Shown here: positions 30,304 to 40,009 of the stretch, in pieces | Layout of the letters: each line of letters opens with the position of its first letter | Position numbering within the stretch: the stretch's first letter is position 1 | Assembly (NCBI GenBank): GCA_963747055.1 | Contig: CAVVDY010000003.1 | Coordinates: forward strand, 49,630 to 113,629 | Source: an uncultured Acidobacteriaceae bacterium | Lineage (GTDB): Bacteria > Acidobacteriota > Terriglobia > Terriglobales > Acidobacteriaceae | Direction of reading: 5' to 3' | Length of the DNA: 64,000 bases | Notes under the pieces: model-generated | What the model was told of the DNA's origin: nothing | What the model saw: only the letters and a program-made list of their open reading frames with translations | Databases searched by the model: none | Made by a program: the position numbers and the translations under genes

Positions 30304-32799
30304 TTATCGCATGGCGTCTTCGACTTCGCTGAGCCAGTCGGGGCGCTTGAGGACTTCGCGCGGCTTGGGCCCGTCGGCGGCACCTACGATGCCATCCTGC
30401 TCCATGAGGTCGATGAGGTGGGCAGCGCGACCATAGCCGATGCGCAGCCGGCGCTGCAGCAGAGAGGTCGAGGCCTTTCCGTAATCGAGGACGATGCGCA
30501 CGGCGTCCATGAATAGCTCGTCGTTCCCGCCGCTGCCGTCGCCTCCTCCGCTGCCCGGCTCGGACGAAGAGCCGTCGTCATCGTCGCGCGGAGCAGCCAG
30601 GAAGTTCTCCTGATACTGTGCCGGAGCCTGCGCCTTCCAGAACTCGACCACTGCCGCGATCTCCTTTTCCGTGACGAAGGGGGCATGAACGCGATGTACG
30701 CGCGCCGAGCCGTTCGGCAGGTACAGCATGTCGCCGCGGCCGAGCAACGCCTCGGCGCCATTGGCATCGAGAATGGTCCGCGAGTCGATCTTGGTCGCCA
30801 CGCGGAACGAAATACGCGCGGGGAAATTCGCCTTGATCAGCCCGGTGATGACGTCGACCGACGGGCGCTGGGTGGCAAGTACCAGGTGGATGCCCACGGC
30901 GCGCGCCATCTGTGCCAGCCGGGTGATCGACGCTTCCACGTTCTGCCCGTCGAGCATCATCAGGTCGGCCAGCTCGTCGATGATGATGACGATGTAGGGC
31001 AGCGGGCGCGCTTCGCTGCCGTCGTCGAAAAGGCTTGGCGTGTTCTCCTCGAACAGGCGGTTGTACTGGTCGATATTACGCACGCCCTTCTCCGCCAGCA
31101 CCTTCAGGCGGCGCTCCATCTCGCGCACCGCGTTGCGCAGCGCATTCGACGCCAGCTTGGGCTCGGTGATGATCGGGGTGTGCAGATGCGGTACGCCTTC
31201 GTAATTACCCAGCTCCAGCCGCTTGGGATCGACCAGAATCAGCTTCACTTCATCCGGTGTGGCCTTGTACAGCACCGACATGATGAAGGCATTGATGGCC
31301 ACGCTCTTGCCCGATCCGGTAGAGCCGGCGATCAGCAGGTGCGGCATGCTGTTCAGGTCGGCAGTGACGATGCGGCCGTTGATGTCTTTGCCCAGCGCCA
31401 GCGTCAGCTTGGACTTGGAGGCCAGGAACTCGCGCGCCTCGACCACTTCGCGCAGCCAGATGGTCTCGCGCTGATGGTTCGGCACCTGAATGCCGACAGT
31501 CGACTTGCCCGCCATGCGCTCGATAAGAATGCTCTCTGCGCGCAGCGCAAGGCACAGGTCATCGCTCAGGCCAGTGATGCGGCTGTACTTGATGCCGGCT
31601 TCCGGCTTGAACTCGAAGGTCGTCACCACCGGGCCGGGGTTGATCTGCGATACCGAGCCGCGCACGTCGAACTCGCCGCACTTCTCCTGCAGCACTTGCG
31701 CCAGGTTCTTCAGCTCCTCTTCATCGATGGCGCTGTGCTCATCGGCGCGGCGCAGCAACGCAGTCGAAGGCAATTTGTAACCGCCGGCGATACGCGGCAT
31801 GGTGGTTTTGCCGTGGGGCACGCTGTCGGCGCGAGTCCCCACCGCGATCGCCTCAGCTTGTGCCGGCATTTCCTGGGTTGGAGCCTCCGGCTGCCCGGGA
31901 AGCCGCCCCGGTTGCGCGGGCATCGGTTCCCCGCCAAGCGTGCGCTCGATGCCGGTTCGCACACTCTCAGTACGTGCCGGGGGCGGCGGAGGCGGTGCTA
32001 CGATCTGTTCGGCGAGCGGAGGCGCGGCGGGTTGTTCGCTCGATCGCCGCGGCACCAGTTGAGCCGTCACCACAGGCTTGGCGTTGGCCGCGGCTGCGCG
32101 CTTCTTTTCCAGCTCGCGGGCGGCGCGGCGGCGAACGCGCTCGGCGCGCCAATCGGCAAACCTGTCCAGCGCCGCATAGGCGAATGAGAGCCGCGTCTGC
32201 GACCAGATACGAATCGCGCCAAACGAGAAGGTGGTGGACAGATACAGCGCCACCGCGATGGCCGCCAGGCAGACCAGGTATGCTCCGACGACGTTGAGGT
32301 AGTGAATGAGCCCGTCGGCGACGATGCGTCCCAGAAGGCCTTCCGCCGGTATCGCCTCCCGCCAGCGGAAGTGCCAGGGCAGCAGACCGATGAAGCCCGA
32401 CGTGAAGATCACCAGGGACGTGGCGCCGAGCGTCTTGGCTACCGGGGAACTGATCGGTGCGGAGCGGAACCAGCGCAGCGCGTACATCACCAGAAAGACG
32501 GGAATCAGGAAAATCGAAATCCCAAAAAACTGGAACGCCAGATCGCTGAGCGTGGCGCCCACCGGTCCTATCCAGTTGTGCGCCGGACGCGATGCCGGTG
32601 GAGTAGCCGCGGTGTTCCACGAGGGATCCAGCGGCGAATAGGAAATCAGGGCGAGGAGAAGGAGAGTCGCGGTGACCAGCGCCAGGAACCCGACCAGCTC
32701 ATTGAGCCGCCGGTTGGACGTCGGTTTGAAGGCGTGGGAGACGAATGTCATGCCGGCCGATGGCCGCTTCGCCGGGCCACGGCGTTTCCGGTTGGTCAT
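30304..32799 (-). CDS. ftsK: DNA translocase FtsK
   Basis: 831 aa. N-terminal TM helices, a Pro/Ala-rich linker, Walker A GSTGSGKS, a RecA-like motor, and a C-terminal gamma winged helix (LLQRRLRIGYGRAAHLIDLME). Confidence 0.95.
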   Translation of the reverse strand: MTNRKRRGPAKRPSAGMTFVSHAFKPTSNRRLNELVGFLALVTATLLLLALISYSPLDPSWNTAATPPASRPAHNWIGPVGATLSDLAFQFFGISIFLIPVFLVMYALRWFRSAPISSPVAKTLGATSLVIFTSGFIGLLPWHFRWREAIPAEGLLGRIVADGLIHYLNVVGAYLVCLAAIAVALYLSTTFSFGAIRIWSQTRLSFAYAALDRFADWRAERVRRRAARELEKKRAAAANAKPVVTAQLVPRRSSEQPAAPPLAEQIVAPPPPPPARTESVRTGIERTLGGEPMPAQPGRLPGQPEAPTQEMPAQAEAIAVGTRADSVPHGKTTMPRIAGGYKLPSTALLRRADEHSAIDEEELKNLAQVLQEKCGEFDVRGSVSQINPGPVVTTFEFKPEAGIKYSRITGLSDDLCLALRAESILIERMAGKSTVGIQVPNHQRETIWLREVVEAREFLASKSKLTLALGKDINGRIVTADLNSMPHLLIAGSTGSGKSVAINAFIMSVLYKATPDEVKLILVDPKRLELGNYEGVPHLHTPIITEPKLASNALRNAVREMERRLKVLAEKGVRNIDQYNRLFEENTPSLFDDGSEARPLPYIVIIIDELADLMMLDGQNVEASITRLAQMARAVGIHLVLATQRPSVDVITGLIKANFPARISFRVATKIDSRTILDANGAEALLGRGDMLYLPNGSARVHRVHAPFVTEKEIAAVVEFWKAQAPAQYQENFLAAPRDDDDGSSSEPGSGGGDGSGGNDELFMDAVRIVLDYGKASTSLLQRRLRIGYGRAAHLIDLMEQDGIVGAADGPKPREVLKRPDWLSEVEDAMR

Positions 32800-33106
32800 G
32801 CTGCCTTATTGATCGGAGCCCAGGCAAACATCACCCCGCGCACGGAAGAGCCGGAACGCGTGACCTGAAAGCTGCCATTTGCGGACCGCACGCCAAACTT
32901 CGCCGGCGCGCGGCATATAAAGCCAGAGCAAGATGATTATGCCAAACGGTCCGAGGCTGTGCGGAGAAATCAACCCGAGAGGCGTTGTCGAAGTAAATGC
33001 CCCAGTGGCGGCGCCGGGCATTGCTCAAAAAACCAAAAAAACAAGTTTGCGATACATGCGGATTGGTTGCTACACATCCGGTGGCAGCAATTAAACTGGA
33101 GCGCGA

Positions 33107-34483
33107 ATGAGCCAAACAGGCATTCCTCCGCGTACGGCCGGCGCTCTCGAGATGAAGCTCCGTGAGTCGCTGGTCACCAGGGCACTGGTCGTGCCGATCC
33201 AGGAATTTATTCACATCCAGGGTGTCAGCAGCATCGTGCTACTGCTCGCGGCCATTGCCGCTCTGGTGTGGGCGAACTCTCCCTGGCACGAGTCCTACCA
33301 CCATGTATGGGACATGGAGTTGCAGCTCTCACGCCTGCAGTTGCCGGTACATGCCTGGATCAACGATGCATTGATGGCCATCTTCTTCTTCCTCGTCGGC
33401 ATGGAGATCAAGCACGAGATCGTGCATGGCGAGCTGTCGGACATGCGGCGCGCGTCCTTGCCCATCGTCGCCGCCCTGGGTGGAATGGTGGTCCCGGCGC
33501 TGATCTATTCCGGCTTCAACTTCCATCAGGCCAGCGCGCATGGCTGGGGGATTCCTATGGCGACCGACATTGCCTTCTCGCTCGGCGTGCTGGCCATGGT
33601 GAAGGGAATTCCTCCCGAGCTGAAGGTCTTCCTGCTCTCGCTGGCTATCGCCGATGACATCGGGGCCATTGCGGTCATCGCCATCTTTTATACCGAGACG
33701 CTGAGGGTCCATTCCCTCATTGTAGGTGCAGTGCTGCTGGTGACTCTCTATCTCGTTTATCGCGTGGGCATCCGCCATTCCATGATCTTTGCGTTGTTGG
33801 GCGTGCTGTTCTGGGTGGCGATCCTGCGCTCGGGAATCCACGCGACCATCGCCGGCGTGATCCTGGGCTTCATGGTGCCCACCACGCCCAGGCTGAGCTT
33901 TGAAGAGTTTGAGAGGATCGGCAGCGACGTGGTCCAGCGTTATCGCGATGCCTTGGCGGCCAATGATGTAGCGACCGCCAATCGCATGCTCGGTCTCCTG
34001 GAGCATGTGGTCAGTGCCACCGAGTCGCCTTCCGAGCGGCTGACCCGAAAACTCAACGACTGGGTATCGTTTCTCGTCCTGCCCTTGTTTGCCCTGGCCA
34101 ACGCGGGGGTGGAGTTTTCCCTGGGTGGCATAGGCGAGCTGCTGCGCAGCCACGTTGCCTGGGGTGTTTTCTTTGGTCTCGTGGTTGGCAAGCCGGTGGG
34201 AATCGCCCTATTTTCATGGGCTGCGGTAAAGATGGGAATTGCCAGCCTTCCTAACCATGTGAGCTGGAGGCTGGTGGTCGCGGTCGGCACGCTGGCCGGC
34301 ATCGGATTTACGGTTTCCATCTTTATCAGCTCGCTTGCCTTTAGCGATCGCGCGATGCTGACCGACGCCAAAGCCGCCATCCTTGGAGCGTCCCTGGTGG
34401 CAGGGATAGTCGGCTACATCGTTTTACGCCGGACGATCAGGGAACAACCGCAGGCAGTTGCCGGGCAGCCCCTCGCAGAGTAG
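33107..34483 (+). CDS. nhaA: Na+/H+ antiporter NhaA
   Basis: 458 aa, polytopic. NhaA signature GWGIPMATDIAF and LAIADDIGAI. Confidence 0.9.
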   Translation: MSQTGIPPRTAGALEMKLRESLVTRALVVPIQEFIHIQGVSSIVLLLAAIAALVWANSPWHESYHHVWDMELQLSRLQLPVHAWINDALMAIFFFLVGMEIKHEIVHGELSDMRRASLPIVAALGGMVVPALIYSGFNFHQASAHGWGIPMATDIAFSLGVLAMVKGIPPELKVFLLSLAIADDIGAIAVIAIFYTETLRVHSLIVGAVLLVTLYLVYRVGIRHSMIFALLGVLFWVAILRSGIHATIAGVILGFMVPTTPRLSFEEFERIGSDVVQRYRDALAANDVATANRMLGLLEHVVSATESPSERLTRKLNDWVSFLVLPLFALANAGVEFSLGGIGELLRSHVAWGVFFGLVVGKPVGIALFSWAAVKMGIASLPNHVSWRLVVAVGTLAGIGFTVSIFISSLAFSDRAMLTDAKAAILGASLVAGIVGYIVLRRTIREQPQAVAGQPLAE

Positions 34484-34618
34484 CGATGGAGCGTCTGTCG
34501 AGATTTTGCTTTATCGAATGTGCGGCACTGGTAACCTTTACGAGCTAGAATTAGCTTAAAGCCTTAGCGTCATTTTGTCCGGACCCTCCGATTCGGCGGC
34601 ATCCACAAGGAGCAGAAT

Positions 34619-35410
34619 ATGCGATCTCGAATTATTGGCCTCGTATTAGGTGCGTTTCTTATTGTCGGCATGGCGGGCTGCAGCAAGAAGGCCGACCAGG
34701 CGCAGACGCCTCCGGCCGCCGACCAATCGGCGCAAACCGCCCAGACGGCTCCGGCCGGCTCACCCGCGGCTGGGCAAGCGGCCCAGTCAACTCCCGCGCC
34801 GGCTCCAGCCCCCGCGCAGCAAGCTCCTGCACCGGCACCCGTAGCTGAGGCGCCGGCTCCGCCACCGCCGCCGCCACCGCTGGTAGTTCCTGCGGGCTCA
34901 TCTCTGCTGGTACGCCTTGGCTCTACGCTCGACACCAAAACAGCAAAGGACGGCCAGCCTTTCAATGGCACCCTGGCTAGGTCCGTGGTGGCTAACGGCG
35001 AGGTGGCGATTCCATCTGGCGCAGGCGTGAGTGGAACGGTGGTCGAATCCAAATCGCCAGGCAGATTCAAGGGTGAAGGCATCCTCACGATTACGCTGAA
35101 TTCCATCGATATCGGCGGAGTTCCCACCGAGATCGCGACCTCGAGTTTCAGCCAGACGGTGAAAGGGAAGGGTAAGCGCACTGCAGTCGCAGTCGGTGGC
35201 GGAACCGGCGCCGGTGCGCTGATCGGTGGCCTCGCCGGCGGCGGCAAGGGCGCTCTCATCGGCGGCCTGGTTGGCGCTGGTGCCGGAACTGCGGGCGCAG
35301 CCTTCACCGGCAACAAGGACTTGCAGATTCCCGCCGAGACGGTTGTAACCTTCCGTTTGGCGAACTCGCTCACCGTGCATCGCTCGGCGAGGCATTCCCG
35401 CGGGGAATAA
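34619..35410 (+). CDS. Lipoprotein with Pro/Ala-rich linker and C-terminal glycine-zipper
   Basis: Lipobox LIVGMAGC, low-complexity PAPAP region, and C-terminal GGGTGAGALIGGLAGGGKGALIGGLVGAGAG glycine zipper. Confidence 0.7.
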   Translation: MRSRIIGLVLGAFLIVGMAGCSKKADQAQTPPAADQSAQTAQTAPAGSPAAGQAAQSTPAPAPAPAQQAPAPAPVAEAPAPPPPPPPLVVPAGSSLLVRLGSTLDTKTAKDGQPFNGTLARSVVANGEVAIPSGAGVSGTVVESKSPGRFKGEGILTITLNSIDIGGVPTEIATSSFSQTVKGKGKRTAVAVGGGTGAGALIGGLAGGGKGALIGGLVGAGAGTAGAAFTGNKDLQIPAETVVTFRLANSLTVHRSARHSRGE

Positions 35411-35577
35411 GCTTCGGGCGGTGAAAGCCGCTGACGGGCTCCGCACCAACAAAGCTGGCTCAAGACTTCGCTTTAGAGGGAGGTTTTCACGCCTCCCTCT
35501 ATTTTCACGATGTCATCAGAGAATTTCGGTGAAAGCGCGCTAACATGCCCGACGCGGAACCACAGAGTCAGCCAGCC

Positions 35578-35838
35578 TTATGGCTGCCGCGGCGCTGGCG
35601 CTCCGCGAAGTAATCCTTCGGTGCTGATATCTTCGTCGATCTGCGGCCAGTGGATACCGTAGCCGCCGCCGGCAATCTTCCAATCAAGGCGCTGGTCAAC
35701 CGTTGCACTGAAAAGTCTCGGGTACCAGGCGAGCGGCACACTGATCGTGCGGCCGTCCTTGAGCCGAACGCTTAGCGTTTCCTGATCAAAGGAGACGTCT
35801 GCAACTCTTTCATCTGCGGCTACCGCCAAAATGCCCAT
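35578..35838 (-). CDS. DUF2442 domain protein
   Basis: 86 aa. ...LSVRLKDGRTISVPLAWYPRL...YGIHWPQIDEDIS... is a typical DUF2442 pattern. Overlaps the upstream DUF4160 gene by 29 nt. Confidence 0.8.
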   Translation of the reverse strand: MGILAVAADERVADVSFDQETLSVRLKDGRTISVPLAWYPRLFSATVDQRLDWKIAGGGYGIHWPQIDEDISTEGLLRGAPAPRQP

Positions 35839-36055
35839 CCCAAGCCTCCAACAGGCGCTCCTGGCTGGCCTGCACGATCGATTGTAGCGTGTTCAGCTCA
35901 CGAGCGCTGAAGCCAAAGTTCCTCGCCAGTCCGACGGGATCCAACCAAAACTTCGCGGACAGGTCGTCCCGGTCTACATGAACATGAGGCGGTTCCTGCG
36001 GTTCGTGGCTATGGAAATAGAAACGGTACGGCCCCGACCTGAGAACGGTTGGCAT
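35810..36055 (-). CDS. DUF4160 domain protein
   Basis: 81 aa. YRFYFHSHEPQEPPHVHV signature of DUF4160. The ATG lies 1 nt downstream of the glmU stop codon. Confidence 0.8.
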   Translation of the reverse strand: MPTVLRSGPYRFYFHSHEPQEPPHVHVDRDDLSAKFWLDPVGLARNFGFSARELNTLQSIVQASQERLLEAWDGHFGGSRR

Positions 36056-36056
36056 T

Positions 36057-37511
36057 TTACTTTGAGGTCTTCTTCGTCTGCGCTCTTCGTTCCGCCGCCC
36101 AGCCGGGCTTGTTCACCTGCCGGCCCCGGCCCACGGCCAACGCGTCAGCCGGAACGTCTTCGGTGATGCAGGACCCCGCTCCGATGTACGATCCCTTGCC
36201 TAGGCGCACGGGCGCTACCAGCGTGGCATCGCTGCCCACGAAAACGCCATCCTCGATGACGGTCGGGTACTTACCCACGCCGTCGTAGTTGCAGGTAATG
36301 GTGCCCGCGCCGACGTTCACTCCCTCACCAATCTCCGAGTCGCCAAGATAGCTCAGGTGATTGGCTTTCGATCCCTTGCCTATCCGGGTCTTCTTGGTCT
36401 CAACAAAATTGCCGAGGTGAGCGCGCTCGCCGATGTCGCTGCCCGGCCGCAGATGGGTGTACGGGCCAAGTTCAGCTCCGTTGCGCACCACCGAGTCTTC
36501 CATGATGCAGCCCGGCTTAATGAGCACGCCGTCGCCGATCTCACAATTGGTGATCACCGAATAGGAGCGAATGCGGCAGTCGCAACCGATCTTCGTCTTC
36601 CCGATGATCTGCACGAACGGCTCGATGACTGTGTCGGCACCAACCTCCACGTCCGCATCGATGTCGCAGGTCTCAGGACGAAAGATGGTAGTGCCTGCCG
36701 CCATCAGCTCGTTCGCCTTCCTGGCCCGCAGCTTGGCGTCTAACTCCGCCAGTTCCATGCGGGTGTTCACGCCCAGCACTTCGTTGGAATCATCGGCAGC
36801 CAGGGCCATCACCCTTTCGCCGGCGCCGCTCAGGATGGCGGCCATGTCGGTGAGATAGAACTCTCGCGCGGAGTTGTCGGTGGTCAGCCGGTCGATGTGC
36901 CGGAACAGCGGCTTGGTGGCAAAGGCGTAGATGCCGGAGTTGACCTCGCGCTGCTCGCCTTCGTCGCCGGTGAGCGACTTCTGCTCGACAATGCGCTCCA
37001 GCTCGTCGGTGGTCCGTCCATGCAAGGTGCGGCGGAAGATCCGTCCGTATCCCGTGGGATCGTCAGGGCGCGCCGTGAGCACCGTCATGGCAGCATCGCT
37101 GTCGATGTGAAAGTCACGCACCCCCGCGATGGTCTGTGCCTGGATGAGCGGCACATCGCCGGAGAGCACCAGCACATGCGCGAACTGCTGCAAGGCGCTG
37201 CGCGCCTGCATGATGGCGTGTCCCGTGCCCAGTTGGTCTGCCTGCAGGACGAAGTTGATCTCCGTCGAGCGCAGCGCCGCCTCCACCCGCTCCGCCTCGT
37301 GCCCGATGATGGCGAAGATGTTTTGCGGCGGTACGACGCGCCGGGCCGCGGCCACGACGTGCGCCAGCAGCGGCCGCCCGCCGATCTCGTGCAGGACTTT
37401 GGGATGCCGCGATTTAAGCCGGGTGCCTTTGCCGGCCGCCAGAATTGCGATGGCGAACAGGTAGTCGGGCTGCTCGTGGGCGGATGAGGCAGAACTCTGG
37501 TTTGGCATCAT
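36057..37511 (-). CDS. glmU: Bifunctional UDP-GlcNAc diphosphorylase / GlcN-1-P N-acetyltransferase
   Basis: 484 aa. LAAGKGTRLKS nucleotidyltransferase motif and a C-terminal left-handed beta-helix of hexapeptide repeats. Confidence 0.95.
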   Translation of the reverse strand: MMPNQSSASSAHEQPDYLFAIAILAAGKGTRLKSRHPKVLHEIGGRPLLAHVVAAARRVVPPQNIFAIIGHEAERVEAALRSTEINFVLQADQLGTGHAIMQARSALQQFAHVLVLSGDVPLIQAQTIAGVRDFHIDSDAAMTVLTARPDDPTGYGRIFRRTLHGRTTDELERIVEQKSLTGDEGEQREVNSGIYAFATKPLFRHIDRLTTDNSAREFYLTDMAAILSGAGERVMALAADDSNEVLGVNTRMELAELDAKLRARKANELMAAGTTIFRPETCDIDADVEVGADTVIEPFVQIIGKTKIGCDCRIRSYSVITNCEIGDGVLIKPGCIMEDSVVRNGAELGPYTHLRPGSDIGERAHLGNFVETKKTRIGKGSKANHLSYLGDSEIGEGVNVGAGTITCNYDGVGKYPTVIEDGVFVGSDATLVAPVRLGKGSYIGAGSCITEDVPADALAVGRGRQVNKPGWAAERRAQTKKTSK

Positions 37512-37531
37512 GTCTCGATTCGTTGCGACGA

Positions 37532-38608
37532 TTACGACTTCATTCGCGAGGCAGCAACAGGAGTTTCGCGCGCTTCCATCATAAGCCGGAGCAGGTCGTG
37601 CGCCACGTGCACAGTATTGTGGCGGGCAATTAGCCCGTCCGGCTGGCGCATCTCTTCCACCAGGTAGTCGCCCAGGATCGGCTGCACCCCCAGCGCCTTG
37701 ACGCGCTCCAGGTCCGCTTCGATAGGGGACTGGAATTGTTCGGCATATTTTTGCCGCAATGGCTCCGACGCGGGAGTGTTGTTGATCAGGGCGTATTCGA
37801 AGAACTCGTGCCGCGCATGCTTGTACAGCGCTCGAATGTGGTCCGAGGCGCTCAGGCCCAGGCTCTCATTGGCCTGCGTCATGAGATTGCATACGAAAAC
37901 CTTGGTCGCCCGCGATGCCTGAATCGCCTTGGACACGTCGTGTACCAGCAGATTGGGCACCAGGCTGGTGAAGAGCGATCCCGGTCCGACGGTGATCAGG
38001 TCGGCGTTCTCGATGGCTTCCAGCGTAACCGGCAACGGCTTGGCATTCGCCGGAGCCATCCGCAGCTCAATGATGCGCTGGTTGCTGGCGGTGATGTTGG
38101 TCTCGCCGCGAACATAGGAGCCGTCATCCATCACGGCGTAAAGCTGAGCGTTGCTGGTGGTCGCGGGATAGATATTGCCGCGCGTCGCCAGGATGGCGGC
38201 GGAGAGCTCTACCGCTTTGCTGAAGTCGCCGGTGATTTCCGACAGCGCCGACAGGAACAGGTTGCCGAAGCTGTGCCCCTCCAACCCTTCGCCGGCCTTG
38301 AAGCGGTATTTGAAGAGCTTGGAAAGCAGCGCCTCGTCCTCCGCCAGGGCAACGATGCAGTTGCGGACGTCGCCGGGCGCGGGCATGTTGAGCTCTTTGC
38401 GCAGCCGGCCGCTGGAGCCGCCGTCGTCGCTGACGGTTACCACGGCGCTCAACTGCGCGATGAAAGGCAGTTGGGGATCGGTCTCCGCTTCGCCCGGCAG
38501 GCAGACGTATCGCTTCAGTCCATGCAGCAGGGTGGAGAGTCCGGTGCCGCCTCCCATGGCGACCACCCGGAGCGCGCGCGTGCCTTCGACCTGGCGTGCA
38601 ATCGGCAT
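37532..38608 (-). CDS. yvcK: Gluconeogenesis factor YvcK / CofD-like (UPF0052)
   Basis: 358 aa. VVAMGGGTGLSTLLHGLK, DDGGSSGRLR and GPGSLFTSL motifs. Confidence 0.85.
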   Translation of the reverse strand: MPIARQVEGTRALRVVAMGGGTGLSTLLHGLKRYVCLPGEAETDPQLPFIAQLSAVVTVSDDGGSSGRLRKELNMPAPGDVRNCIVALAEDEALLSKLFKYRFKAGEGLEGHSFGNLFLSALSEITGDFSKAVELSAAILATRGNIYPATTSNAQLYAVMDDGSYVRGETNITASNQRIIELRMAPANAKPLPVTLEAIENADLITVGPGSLFTSLVPNLLVHDVSKAIQASRATKVFVCNLMTQANESLGLSASDHIRALYKHARHEFFEYALINNTPASEPLRQKYAEQFQSPIEADLERVKALGVQPILGDYLVEEMRQPDGLIARHNTVHVAHDLLRLMMEARETPVAASRMKS

Positions 38609-38627
38609 TGGCTAGGAGGACACGGGT

Positions 38628-39269
38628 TTAGAAATGCCAGTTCTGCGATTCAGGTGGCACTTCGGAGCTAGTGTCGGGATAAAGCAGCTCGGTAAAGCGC
38701 GGATCGTCAGCCAGGTTCTTGAAATCAGAGTCATTGCGTGCCTGAAAACGGTTGGCTGGATTCAGACGGATCGCTTCGTTCAGGCTGGTGATGCACTCCG
38801 GAAGATGTCCCATCAGGCAGTTCAGCGCCGCCATGCCGTACCAGATGTAGTCGAGCTGCGGATACTTCTTCACCAGGGCTTCGAAATTTTCCCGGGCTGC
38901 CAGGTAATCGCCCAGGTTCATCAGTGAGATGGCGTAATCGTACTGCTCTTCCCCCGTCTTGAACTTGGTGGCGGCTTGGCTCAAATGCTGGTTGCAGGTA
39001 TTCAGGTGCACGGCTGCACGATCGGCAAGCTCAGGGCTGGCGCCTTCTCTCACCTTCTCAAAGCACGCCTTGGCACGGTCGTACTTGTGGGTCTGCATCG
39101 CCTTCAGACCGGCCTCATACTGCTGCACGGCATGGGTGAAGCGGGGATCGTCGGCCGTCTTCATCGGCTTGCTGGGGCGAGGCTTGTCCGCATCTTTCAT
39201 GGCTAATCGACTGTGCGCTTTAGACTTAGCAGAGGCCCGCTTGCCGGCCACCGCAGTTTTTTTGTTCAT
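38628..39269 (-). CDS. Tetratricopeptide-repeat protein
   Basis: 213 aa from ATG 39269. Basic N-terminus followed by TPR-like helices (YDYAISLMNLGDYLAARENFEALVKKYP...). Confidence 0.65.
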   Translation of the reverse strand: MNKKTAVAGKRASAKSKAHSRLAMKDADKPRPSKPMKTADDPRFTHAVQQYEAGLKAMQTHKYDRAKACFEKVREGASPELADRAAVHLNTCNQHLSQAATKFKTGEEQYDYAISLMNLGDYLAARENFEALVKKYPQLDYIWYGMAALNCLMGHLPECITSLNEAIRLNPANRFQARNDSDFKNLADDPRFTELLYPDTSSEVPPESQNWHF

Positions 39270-39412
39270 CCCCGCTGTCCCCAAGAGGTGGTTCCATGGC
39301 AGACCTGCCGAATACAACCCGGGACAGGCTTCGATCTGCTTGTTAGATGGAGATTCTTACCCGTAATCGCGCCTGCCGTCAACTGACCGAAAGTGGCAAA
39401 TCTTTCCAGCGG

Positions 39413-39844
39413 CTAATCCGTCTTGGCCACTTCATCCAGATCGATCGACTTCCAGTCGCCCTTGACGATCCCGGCGCGAATCTGTGCCGGGGTTTTGTGG
39501 AGCTTGGTCTGCTCGTACGCGTAGAACACTTCCTTCATGCAAATACCGCAATGCGCCGCATGATCGCTCTCATAGCAGGTGTGCAGGCTCTTATGACCGA
39601 TCCGTTCGCAGTAGCAGTAACACGGAAGCTGGTTGATCACCCCAGGGATCTTCGCCGCCAGCTCGTAAGCCCGTACCTGATACGGGTACTTGAACATCTC
39701 TCCTACCCGCTGGTCCACAGGCAGGATGGGCATGACCTCCCCTGGTTGGGGAGGCGCCGTGTTGTATGCCGGGACATGGTCCCCCTGCGCCAAAGCCAAT
39801 ACCGTGAACGCCGCCACCACCGCGAGCAAAACCACTTTGCGCAT
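39413..39844 (-). CDS. CYCXC-family protein (secreted, Cys-rich)
   Basis: 143 aa from ATG 39844. Signal peptide MRKVVLLAVVAAFTVLALAQG, PCYCYCERIGHKSLHTCY and HCGIC motifs. Confidence 0.65.
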   Translation of the reverse strand: MRKVVLLAVVAAFTVLALAQGDHVPAYNTAPPQPGEVMPILPVDQRVGEMFKYPYQVRAYELAAKIPGVINQLPCYCYCERIGHKSLHTCYESDHAAHCGICMKEVFYAYEQTKLHKTPAQIRAGIVKGDWKSIDLDEVAKTD

Positions 39845-40009
39845 TGCTGACCCCTCTCGGCGGTATTCTATATGCAAAGCAATGCAGGCAGCGTCGCAAA
39901 AGCTCGCCGGACGCATTCCGCACAAAGGCGACCGAAGCTTTTATCAAATTCCGGCGCACGATTGTTACGGTAGCTTTAATGTCTGATGAAGCGTCTAACC
40001 TGATTGGCG

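Noticed and set aside
30685-32187. Long antisense or alternative-frame ORFs in the track. Examples are 30685-32187 (500 aa), 27780-29177 (465 aa), 41038-42243 (401 aa), 14537-15577, 28985-30007, 4982-5890, 34570-35463, 37736-38671, 16650-17627, 17885-18781, 26162-26983 and 51055-51846.
   Set aside because: Each lies opposite or out of frame to a gene with clear family motifs. Their translations are Arg/Ala/Gly/Pro-rich low-complexity sequence typical of shadow ORFs in GC-rich DNA, and none shows a recognisable domain.
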